The notes under the pieces are model-generated. The model saw only the letters and a program-made list of their open reading frames with translations, ran no database searches and was not told where the DNA came from. A program made the translations under genes and the position numbers. Below are positions 12,818-23,277 of a stretch of DNA of 64,000 nt, piece by piece (the first letter of the stretch is position 1; every line of letters begins with the position of its first letter). Location of the stretch: contig JBLDXI010000054.1 of NCBI GenBank assembly GCA_047495785.1, forward strand, positions 620,001 to 684,000, given 5' to 3'. The stretch comes from Lepidodermella squamata (taxonomy: Eukaryota; Animalia; Gastrotricha).

Positions 12818-15337
12818 ATGATGAAAGGATTCGGAACACATCAGGTCGAGATCTTAAGCGATAACCTAGAGATGCGGCAGAATAACGGTCCTCCGACCAA
12901 ATCGATTGCTGAATCAGCAGCTGAAAGAATCGGCGAAACACCATCCCGCGTCCACGCCAGGAATCGAAACCACAAAAACGCTGATGACGAGGAACTAAAA
13001 TTGACGACGCGGAGAAACCTGTCAAAGGCGCAGATTTTTATCTGGAAAATGCCTATCCTACTGCTGGGAATATGGTACGATTATCGCGGGAAATCGGAAT
13101 CCCAGCGATTCGAGTGAAAAACTGGATGTGCCATCGCCGTAAGAAAGACAAATTATCCCCAACACCGAGGCTCAAGTTGTCTGAGGAACATAAAGCGCTT
13201 CTTAATAAGGTATTTATTATTTTACTAGAAATAATTCATATACACCTGTGCTAATTGGTAAAATTGAATCCAAGGAATTCGAGGCGAATATCTCTCCACC
13301 TACTGAAAGGATATCCCAGCTTGCTGATTTGATTGGCTGTCCGAGGTCTTCCATAGCTGCTTGGCTCAAGCGTAAGCGCTTGGCCGAGGGAATCACGCTG
13401 AAACACGCAGCTATCCAGGAAAAGGTACATTTTTGCTCGCTATAAAAACATTGAAACGTCAGTGCTTTATATATTCGCACTTGGATGAGTAGTACGGATT
13501 TTCGTCAATTCGTATTTAGAAAACCATTTTTTAAATAATCCTTCAGTTATCTGACAATAACTAAGCTAAGCTAAGTCTATCTAAGCTAAATTTAGAAAAG
13601 CTTGAGACAACGTCTAAGCGTTATCGTTTAAGATTCGACAGCTGGATGAGCGCGATTCACCCCCTTCGAATAGTTTAATATACTTCGAGGACTGGCAGCT
13701 GGAGATTCTTCGAAAGGAGTTCACGAAGCCCATCCGACTTCAAGCGAAACGAATTTTAGAAATAGCCGAAAGAGTGAAAACTACCCCAAAACGGGTAAGA
13801 AGGTGGTTAAACAATCAACGCTATAAACCTGGGAAGGAGAGAGACATGATCCGGTTATCTGCCACCCAACTTGAAGCATTGAAGACATTCATTCGCTCGT
13901 GAGATGTCACCAAAACTCTCGGAAATAAGGAGACTTGCCGATTTGACTGGTTTACCATGGAAAAAGGTCCGTGCTTGGTTCTACTCACGTCGTGCTAGGA
14001 TCTCTCCCCGGTCCAAGAGGATCAGCCCCATTCAGGTACACCGCGATATCCTGGAGAGGGTGAGCCGTAGTACATTTGATAGATTGAGTCAAATGTGGCC
14101 TTTGCTTTTCAGGAATATTCAGTTACCATATGCCCAAGTAAAGGTCGGAAAGATGAACTGGCTAAGCTGATTGGATGCCCCAGGCAGCCTATAACCGATT
14201 GGTTCCGGCGAAAACGTCAAGCTGCCATCCACACGAGAGACAACGTAGATTCCATGGAGGTTTGTCTGTTTGTTTTGACCGATGTACAGCGTCCATTGAT
14301 GAAAGTAGGGTTTCAGAAGCCAGCTTGCTTTTTGCAAGGGGTTGATTTGTTGTTGATTGCTGACTTTTTCCTTGTCACCTCCCAGACGAAAATCAGTAGA
14401 CCGAGAGCTCAGTAGATCGTACGTTGATCCAAAAGGCAAAATATTGGTCCAAAATTGCTGTTTTTCTGACCTATTGTCCCGCCTCAGCCCCTACTATGTT
14501 ACTTGCAAACGTGAATGAAACGAAGCGATTTTAAGCGCGTTTATAGCAGAATTTTGTTTCGCTTGAAACTCGATAACTATAAAGAATTATAAAATGACCG
14601 GGATACAAAGATTGCTCAGTTTTTCAACCGCTACAAGACAGAAGCGGTACTGTCACGGCCCGTCCAATTCCCCTCGCCGCTCTCGTCACGCGAAAAATGA
14701 CCCCCCCCCCCTCGATTCCGCTACGTGAATGGTCCCTTTTTAAAATCTCGAATTGGAAAATGTTGGTAGCGTATCATGAAAGCTTGCATGAAATAAACTT
14801 TCAGAAGAGTAAAAGTTCCAGGCGTGGTAAACTGAACACACTTATTTAGAAGCGTTCTGTTGCATTCGTTAATCGTAATTCTTCTACCAGATTGAATTTT
14901 CAAGAATCAGTCCTCTCGCTGAGAGCGATAAACGCTCTAGGTTTTGCCCGTGGCAGATTGAGATTTTGCGAAAGGAAGCTATGAAACCCGAACGGCTTAA
15001 TGAAAAACGCTTGCATGCTATTGCCGAGGCATTGAATTCGTCGCCTGCACGAGTCAAACACTGGATCGCTGCGCACCGACCAGCTTCGTTGTCTGGGATC
15101 GCTGAACAGAGAGCGAAACAAGAGAGGATGGGGACCCAGCCGTTAGCTGCATTGAAAGAGGCCTTTAAAGAAAACCCTCGCCCAAGAGCCGCTGAAATTC
15201 AGTACATTGCTCACAAGATGGACCTCGACCCGAGAAGAGTGAGGCGCTGGTTCTCTAGACATCGATTACTGAGAAAAAAATGGCGGATGATAAAGCAATC
15301 GAAAATGCCTATCCCGGCTCAGGATGACACTGAATAA
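12818..15337 (+). pseudogene. Octo-homeobox gene copy 4 (two frameshifts)
   Basis: Exons 12818-13209, 13275-13424, 13633-14059, 14113-14259, 14891-15337. Deletion frameshift near 13035. A +1 T near 13888 (aagacattcattcgct vs aagacgtcattcgct) makes exon 3 427 nt versus 426 in copy 2. Confidence 0.8.
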
Positions 15338-15463
15338 ATCCATCTGTCTATATATCAGTTGGATTCTGCTAGTATTTTCTATCTGTAATAACTTGAACAC
15401 AGGGAAAGATTAAAGCATGTGCATTATTCAAGTTATTATAGATATTACAATCGTAATTTTGTT

Positions 15464-17401
15464 ATGGAAATGGATAGCGAAAACCATGCATCAAAACGTC
15501 GAGGCTTCGAAACTTGGCAACTCAAAGTTATGTGCAAACAACTTGAAGAATGGAAAAGCATCTCAGCTCGCAAAAGCGCACAGCCACGCTGCAGCTTGAA
15601 GAAGCTCAGCGAAATGCTGGCGGCGAAAGTAAGCAGACGGAGGTCACGAGTGTATTACTGGCTCCGTAAAAATGTAGATCATTCTGACGTCCTCTCAAAG
15701 CAAAAAATTCGCTTTTCTAACTGGCGACTGGGAGCATTGAACAGCTCTTTCGAGCGGAATATGCACCCCGATGATGAAGAGGTCGAGCGGCTCTCAGCTT
15801 TGCTTGGCTGGACAGCCAACAGAGTTCGCGCATGGTTCAAAACATTTCGCTGGAAATTGAATCCATCTGAAGCTAGGCAGAAGAGAACGCGATACATTTT
15901 CACCAGCGAGCAATTGGAATGTTTGAAAAAGGTATTCTTGTTCATTAACGCCATAAATTACTGGTACTGACTTTTACATCTCAGGAATTTTCAAAAAATC
16001 CTTTGCCGACTCGTGAGCGGAAACATGAGCTAGCAGAAGAAATCAGCTGCCCCAAGTTACAACTAGAACGTTGGTTTCAAACAATGCGATCAATGATCGC
16101 TTCCAATTTAATCAGAAATAATGCTTTTGTCAAAAAAGTCAGTATCCAAAATCCCAAAACTAGGCCTCATGCTTGAATATATTTTGAAGATCAACGAAAG
16201 GAACATCACTGCGACAAAATCGAGAAAGTTCGAACCTTGGCAAATAGAGATTCTCCGGGAGGAACGAGCGAAGCCTACGAAATTGAATGCCAAGCGCCTT
16301 TCGGAGATGGCTGAGCGTGTTCAGACGACGCCGAAACGAATACGGTATTGGTTCCACAATCATAGAAAACCTGAAGGCTGTGAAAATAATGCAGCGATTC
16401 CTGTCGCAACTGTAAAACATCAAAAGATTCGGGAGCAAAAGGTCGTTGTAACTGATAACAGATTCAAGTGGAAGAGATTTCCTGAATTGACCGAGTCTTT
16501 CAATCGCAACAAACATCCGGGAAAAGATGAAATATTGCGACTCTCATTTTCGCTCGACATTCCGAAGGACAGGGTTTGGTCGTGGTTCAGACGCCGCCGG
16601 AGTTTCAAACCATCGAAAAAAATAGAAAGAAGAAAAACAGCATTCACGGAAGAGAAATTGGCGTTGTTGGAGAAGGTTTTTTTTACAACTGCCGTTTGCT
16701 ATTATTTTTGCTGTTTTTTCCTGCAGGAGTTTTCAGTGAACCCTGTTCCGAATCGCGAAAGAAAAAATCAACTTGCTGCAGATATCGGTTGCAAGCCGAC
16801 TAAAGTCAATGACTGGTTTAAACAAAAGAGATCCACGGATGGTTCTGATTATACGAGAAATCAAATATATCTCAAGAAGGTTTCTTTCATTTTGATGGTG
16901 TAAGAATCTAGGATCTAGGACTTTGAAATTCGAAGTAATTGTTGCTATAGTGATAGGAGTGATAGCTTTTTATTCCGAATTTCGAGACTGAAATTTTTAT
17001 TAATTTTCCAGGTTGAAGAAATGAACAAAAGTGGGAGAAGTGCGATTCAAAAAGGTCGTTCTTTCGTGCCTTGGCAGATCGAAATTTTGAAGGCAGAACG
17101 GGCTAAACCGGGCCGAATGTGCGCGCGACGTTTGTTGGACATCGCTGAGCGCTTGAATTCCTCCCCGCAGCGAGTTCTTTGTTGGTATAGGCACAGAAGC
17201 GTGCGTTCGCCGATTAAACAAGCGTTTCGTTTCACTGATGAACAAAGAAGGGTTCTGAAGGAGGAATTTAGCAAAAAGCAGTATTTCTCCAAGCTGGAAG
17301 TTCAATACATTGCTGGGAAGATTGGCTTCGGTGATTGGAAGATTATTCAGAGATGGTTTAAGGCGTCTCGCTATAGAAAACGTCTCTCGGAGAAAAAATG
17401 A
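15464..17401 (+). CDS. Octo-homeodomain protein, copy 5 (divergent paralogue, intact, 549 aa, 5 exons)
   Basis: Exons 15464-15931, 15985-16137, 16190-16675, 16727-16879, 17012-17401; all phase 0. Carries the most canonical-looking homeodomains, e.g. RRKTAFTEEKLALLEK|EFSVNPVPNRERKNQLAADIGCKPTKVNDWFKQKR. Confidence 0.85.
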
Positions 17402-18043
17402 CTTGAATTCTCTATATTGCCATATTGTTTTTCTTGTTGTGAAATAGCTCTTGAATAAATAAGATTTTCATTTTCTTTCATTTTCCAATACGAGCTCTTC
17501 GTTCCTCGGAAAACGCTCCATCAGGCAAAAAGAGAATGGTAAAGCAGATTCTGAACATATTTGTATAGATAAGGTAGTTACCTCGATAACCGCACGTAAT
17601 CGGACCCGGGAATTATTGATTATTGAGGGAAACCATTGCTCGAAGTACGGAGGGAATCGTACCCCCAGATCTCAAGTTCATGATGGAAATCCAAAAAATA
17701 TCACTGTGGGCCCTTTGATCCTACCAAGGCTTTGCCAATGCGATTACTTTTCGGATCATCAATTTTGGGCCCGAAAATACCTCCTATGGTCCGAGGTTCC
17801 TTCATCGGGAAACAGTTAGCGAGGGATTTGCGTTATTTTGTTCGAAAGAGGTGATGCCACACGACCGCGCCAAGCGATTCCAAAAATAGTTATGCCATTA
17901 AAGAGGGTGTGTTGATAGCGGGGGCTCTGTTATCAAGTGAGCACCGTAATACCAGAACTTGAGATAAAGGCCGAATAGAACATTTTGATAAGAATCGTTT
18001 CGCATGAGACCCACGAAATTCAGTGTAGAGCTGTAGTACACCA

Positions 18044-19294
18044 ATGGCTGCAAAAACCCTTGTCCTGTTCTTGAGTTTAATCAGCCCAATATTGGCTTTA
18101 CCTTCGCCTCAGTCAGATGATTGGTTGGCTGTAGGGGCGGACTATCAAAGGTCTGGTTTCAAGGCAAAGACACTTGGAGCTGTTCAGAAACTCAAACTAG
18201 CATGGTCTTACCAACTACCAGCCGACGGCTTTCCAAGCCCGGCAAGCACCTTTGTCTATAAATCATATGTAATCCGCCTGACTCTGGAGGGATTTGTCTA
18301 CAGCTTCAAGCCTAAATCAGGCCAATTGTTGGACAAGCTTGAAATCGACCGAAATCTACGCAATTCGACCCCTGCATTCACCCATTCGATCATTGAGGAT
18401 GCAAGCGGCATTCTCTACACCTCGGAGGACACCACCCAAAGCATCTACGCCATTAAAATTTCAGACGATGGGAAATTATTTGTGCAATGGTCTCAGAAGG
18501 ACTTGATATGCGTCGATGATCTCATGGTTAGTGCTGAAATCGGGAAACTTTTCGCCGCTGACTCGACATGCAGGAGACAGCTAACAGCTTTCAATCTATA
18601 CACAGGAAATCTGGACCCAAATTTCGGATCAAAGAGTCAGGATGCTTACAAGTTGAGTCTAGCCGGGCCTCAACGGCTTATCGGATCGAATAGTGACAAC
18701 CCTATCAGTATTATCGAGTACTCAGGCGAGGAAGATGGGTCGTCAATGTGGCTCTACCCTAATCCTGATAATTATCTCTACGAAAATGGACCTGTTATCG
18801 TGAATGACATGAGCTTCGCTATGAATAAATCGATATTACAAGCTTTCAGTATCAATGACCAAACAACGTTTTGGAAAAATAAGGCAAGTTGCGATTTCCC
18901 AGCTGTTTCTACTGATGGAATCAACGTTTACTGGCTTTGTACCTTGAATATGTATGTTTTCGATTTGAAAAGTGGGCAGCTGGTGAAAAAGCTGAGCAGC
19001 CCAACGTCAGAAGCATTTTTCTTTCGACCTGTTGTCCTCCATGACGTTATCGCATTGACTACGAAAAACATGCTCCTGTTGTACGATAAAGCAGCGTCTG
19101 ATTCGAAACCATTGGCTAGCTATCAGGCGGATGATTCATCCATTCAGTCAAATATTGTGTATTATGACGGTATGTTCTACATTGTGACTGTGAAGAACAG
19201 GTTGCTAGCTCTCCAGGCATCATCTGGGTCTATGGTTGAAAACTCCTTTCTTGTGCTATTTTCACTAGCTATCTTCTCTAACTTAATGAAATAA
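18044..19294 (+). CDS. Secreted PQQ/BamB-like beta-propeller protein, probably GPI-anchored (416 aa, intronless)
   Basis: N-terminal signal peptide. DWLAVGADYQRSG...LKLAWSYQL resembles the start of PQQ-type propellers. Repeated YSFKPKSGQL, AFNLYTG, YVFDLKSGQLV blade motifs. C-terminal small residues (ASSGS) followed by a hydrophobic tail. Confidence 0.65.
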   Translation: MAAKTLVLFLSLISPILALPSPQSDDWLAVGADYQRSGFKAKTLGAVQKLKLAWSYQLPADGFPSPASTFVYKSYVIRLTLEGFVYSFKPKSGQLLDKLEIDRNLRNSTPAFTHSIIEDASGILYTSEDTTQSIYAIKISDDGKLFVQWSQKDLICVDDLMVSAEIGKLFAADSTCRRQLTAFNLYTGNLDPNFGSKSQDAYKLSLAGPQRLIGSNSDNPISIIEYSGEEDGSSMWLYPNPDNYLYENGPVIVNDMSFAMNKSILQAFSINDQTTFWKNKASCDFPAVSTDGINVYWLCTLNMYVFDLKSGQLVKKLSSPTSEAFFFRPVVLHDVIALTTKNMLLLYDKAASDSKPLASYQADDSSIQSNIVYYDGMFYIVTVKNRLLALQASSGSMVENSFLVLFSLAIFSNLMK

Positions 19295-19399
19295 AATGCT
19301 GTGATTCTTGGACCATTCCGTTAAGCATATGTTATACGCCTATAAGGGATTTAAGCCTTTAGGGGATGAGCACTATATTTCACCAAAATAATGACCGAG

Positions 19400-19574
19400 C
19401 CGTGAGGGTCACTATGGATCACCACCATATATCAATCGATTGCTGTAATCAAGGGCTATCGATTTGGCACCAATGACCCTAATGGCCGCGTGGACCTCGA
19501 TCGGACACCAATCGATGGCCCTACATTACATCAATCGATTGATATATGGTGGTGATCCATAGTGACCCTCACGG
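19400..19574. mobile_element. Short palindromic MITE-like element
   Basis: ~43 bp perfect inverted ends ccgtgagggtcactatggatcaccaccatatatcaatcgattg, with further imperfect pairing inside. Confidence 0.75.
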
Positions 19575-19958
19575 TTTGGCCGGTACGGCTATTGAAAATA
19601 TCGCTTATCCCGCTAAGCCATATATATTTTCAAGGTGTCCACAGCAGTATCTATCGAATGAGCTATGGCTCGTAGTCAAAGAGCGATGTAGGACAGCCGA
19701 GCTGATTGGAATAAGGAAAATCGACATAAAGGTCTTTGACTGAGTTCACCCGGCGAACCGATTGAACTGGTAGGGACGATCCCCACCATCCCTACCCTGA
19801 GCGACAATTTCAGGCCTTTTAACTCATAAAATCAAAAAAACTAAATATGCAAATTAGCGAGAGTTTGTCTCTGGACAGTATTCTGTTGAAAGTATAGTTT
19901 TTTGCGGAGCTGGGCCAGCGGAACCGCGGTGAGAGTTTCGCTGTGAGAAATGGTTTCT

Positions 19959-21358
19959 CATTATGTTTCCGATTTTCCGGGTCAAAGTCCATTGTCAGCC
20001 ATTGCTGTCATCCATCAGCCACAGTCAGCTCGCGTGTTGTCGTCCAGAGAGCTTGGTGACTTGGTGACTTGGTGACTTGGTCGTGTCATTGTAATTTTCA
20101 ATGCAAATTTCGCATGATTTTTCCAGGTGTTTTATTACACTGCAGCACCTATAACCTTTATTTTGCACCTGTATCATCAATAACCATGACATCATCGATC
20201 AGCTTTTCGTTTTGATAATTTTTCAGGTCAAGGTATCTATGCTTTGATGACTTAAGTACAAACAAATTGTTTTGAGAAATTGAATTTAGGGGAAAGGAAA
20301 ACATAAATATTTGGTTTCACTTTTTACTGACTTTTAGCTTGGGGTAAAACCGAATAAGATGGGAAGCAGAATGCATTTGCAGAAGTAATGAATTTTCAAA
20401 TATTTCTGGAATATCGCGATTGATAAGCAGAAATCCAAAACAATTTTCTGCATAAGCCCTGATCATCGCTTTGAGATCATGGCCTGCTTTGCCTGATTTG
20501 CCTGATTTGCCTGCATTTTTAAAGAAGTCACTGCTTTTAACTTGGTTGCTTTCATGGTGCCAGGACTTAGGCTCCGTTATCCGGATTTTATGATTTTTGA
20601 CGCCGGATAACAACCATATACGGGTGTTATCGGTGGACAGCAATGGATATTCGTCCTTCAGGCCACCATTCCGGCCTTCGGCTGCGCCCCTGGCCCACAT
20701 AGAAAGCCTTCTTGCCTTCAGGCCAATATCCATCGTGCTATCCACCAATGATATCCACCTGGATATTGTATACAACAAGCAAATTTGGCTCTCCTAAAAA
20801 TATTCTGTTTGATAATAAGCATACATCTTGGTGTGATGTCTCCTTTTCACCTAAAAGACGGAAATTAGCTTTGATTTGACTCAAATTAACACATGGTAAC
20901 ATTGAGTTGCGCCCGCTTGGCAAATCTTTAATCTCAGTGTTACTCTTGTCATGATTTTGTAGCACCAAACCTGTAAAATGTTTAATTGCATCATTTTGAT
21001 CCACCAGCGTTGGCCATATTTTTAAACAGTGGTTAAAAGTCCCTAAATTACTTGAAAAACTCATTCCGAACTAAAAGCAAGAGGTTAACATAGACGTAAC
21101 CGCAATTCACCCGTTTCTTGATATCAGGTTGCAAGAGACTTCCCGATCATTTTCTGAACACATTATAGGTGCTGCAGTGTAATAAAACACCTGGAAAAAT
21201 CATGCGAAATTTGCATTGAAAATTGCAATGACACGACCAAGTCACCAAGTCACCAAGTCACCAAGCTCTCTGGACGACAACACGCGAGCTGACTGTGGCT
21301 GATGGATGACAGCAATGGCTGACAATGGACTTTGACCCGGAAAATCGGAAACATAATG
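19959..21358. mobile_element. 1.4-kb non-autonomous DNA transposon with ~195-bp terminal inverted repeats
   Basis: 19959-~20153 is the near-perfect reverse complement of ~21163-21358 and includes (cttggtga)x3. CAT...ATG termini. No clear TSD or recognisable transposase. Confidence 0.8.
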
Positions 21359-23277
21359 CTATATTGCGCAGTCACTTGCTCGTCGCCAATAGAACTTTCA
21401 CTTCGGGCAGTTTTTACTTTTATTACTGAAAAACGTGGCTTGCACTGCTTCAAAAAAGACAGTTTAAAACGGAATCCTTTGATGCCAGTTTCATTTTATT
21501 CATCAAAAATGAATCAATTGCAAAAACGAAAAATTGTCAAGTTAATTGTGGATGCTGTTTCACGAGACGCCATGCTCGAATAGCTGCTTTTACTGCGACC
21601 ACTGCGCCACTGCGACAGGCCCGAAGAAACTATGGAAATAAATAACAATTAATAATTGAAATCAATTAAACACGAAAATACCTTCCTGTCAATTTTTCAT
21701 CGATACCGTTACGAATTGTTGACCGACTGGTTAAGACTGGTTTGGCAGCAGAGTCGATTAGCGGGACAAACCTTCAACAATTGCGGGTAAATTAAAGAAA
21801 ATGGAATTAATTTCAAAATTACCTTGAAAATTCGATAAATATCTGACTTGTCCAAATTGCATGATCGACACACCTGGTAGCAAGGCGGCGGGGATTGATG
21901 AAGCTCAAAATGCGAAATTGAGGCCGGACGAAAAATTCTTACTAAATAGGTCATTGATGTTTTGGAATTAAAAACAAAAATAAGATGATTAGAATGAAGC
22001 AAAAAGCCACATTTTTGAAGCATGGCGTGATTACGCAACACCCTGAGGCTTGTGTGCACAACAATCGAGCGCCATAATAACAATGATTTTGCCCTATTTC
22101 AGCTTTTATTTAGAACGACAATTTTCAGTCATTACAAATTTGGCTTTTACGAAATATCTAAATTATCGAATTTTGCTGGCATTCTTATATTCTCGATAGT
22201 TCAGGCTGAAAACGATAAAAATTCGGTTATTTTCAGGATCCAGGTAAATAATTAGGAAAAATTAGGAAAAATCGGGAAAAATCGAGAAATTTTATGATAA
22301 ATAAAAACACTTTGATCCGGAAAGGTAGAAGGCAGTTTTTCGAGCCAGGGAATTTTCCGCGAAACAACTAGAGGTCGAGGCATCGAATTTCGTTCACTTT
22401 CGTTCACTACTTCTCACTTCGCAGTGAAAATAACGGAAAATCGTAAGTTTTTTCAACGGCGACGAAGAAATATGTTCACCTGGCAGTTAACTTCAGGTCT
22501 CGGGTGGCAAAACGCCGAATTTCCCAAGTTTCAGGAAAAAACTGTGCCAATTTCGCGAAGTGACTGGTTTCCAGGTTTAACTTCAAGTTTTTTCCAAAAA
22601 CTTCAGTAAGTTTCGAAAAAAGATGAAAAATGACAGTAAACGGCGTTTTCTGGCAGTTTCCTGCAATTCCCACTGGAACTTCGCAGTATTTCGCAAAAAA
22701 CGTGCACTTGCTGCTCAGGGTAGCAGTACTTCGCACTCTCGAATTCAGGTCTGGTCGACTTACAGGGGTTTCGTATGAGCACAGCATTAACTTATTTTTT
22801 TATTCCTAGCATCAGTGAGCAGCCCGGCCTACTACCACCCGAAATTCTGAAATTCGAAATTCAATTTTGTAAAACCTTCATTTTCTCAGTTTTTTTGAAT
22901 AGGATATTTAAGAGCGCTAGTGCAATTAATAAATAAAATAAAATCACATCAAAAGCTCTGCTATCAAAGGAACACAAGGGCTGATCTCAATTACGATAAG
23001 AAATTTTACCACCTGGTAATAATATATACTGCATAGTATGTTGACACAGACGCACACCTCCATGTTAGAAAAAACGTGATAATATTCATAGTATTCACAA
23101 GTGTGCTCATGTAAATCTCCTGCACGCGTTTGTTATGCCAGATCCTATGTGGCATGAATACACACAGCCCAGTGGAAAGAGCTATATGCTTTATGCTAAA
23201 CTGCTTGCGATATCATGAGTAATACGCCGGTTCTGGACCGTTGAAATTGCATTCACAACTTCCCATCCTGAGTGATT

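Noticed and set aside
1129-17401. Hox/ParaHox/NK cluster interpretation
   Set aside because: No WFQNRR helix or YPWM hexapeptide. The domains are extremely divergent and join into multi-HD proteins.
20050-20082. Short direct repeats (cttggtga)n as a CRISPR-like array
   Set aside because: Eukaryotic DNA, no spacers; the repeats are part of a transposon TIR.
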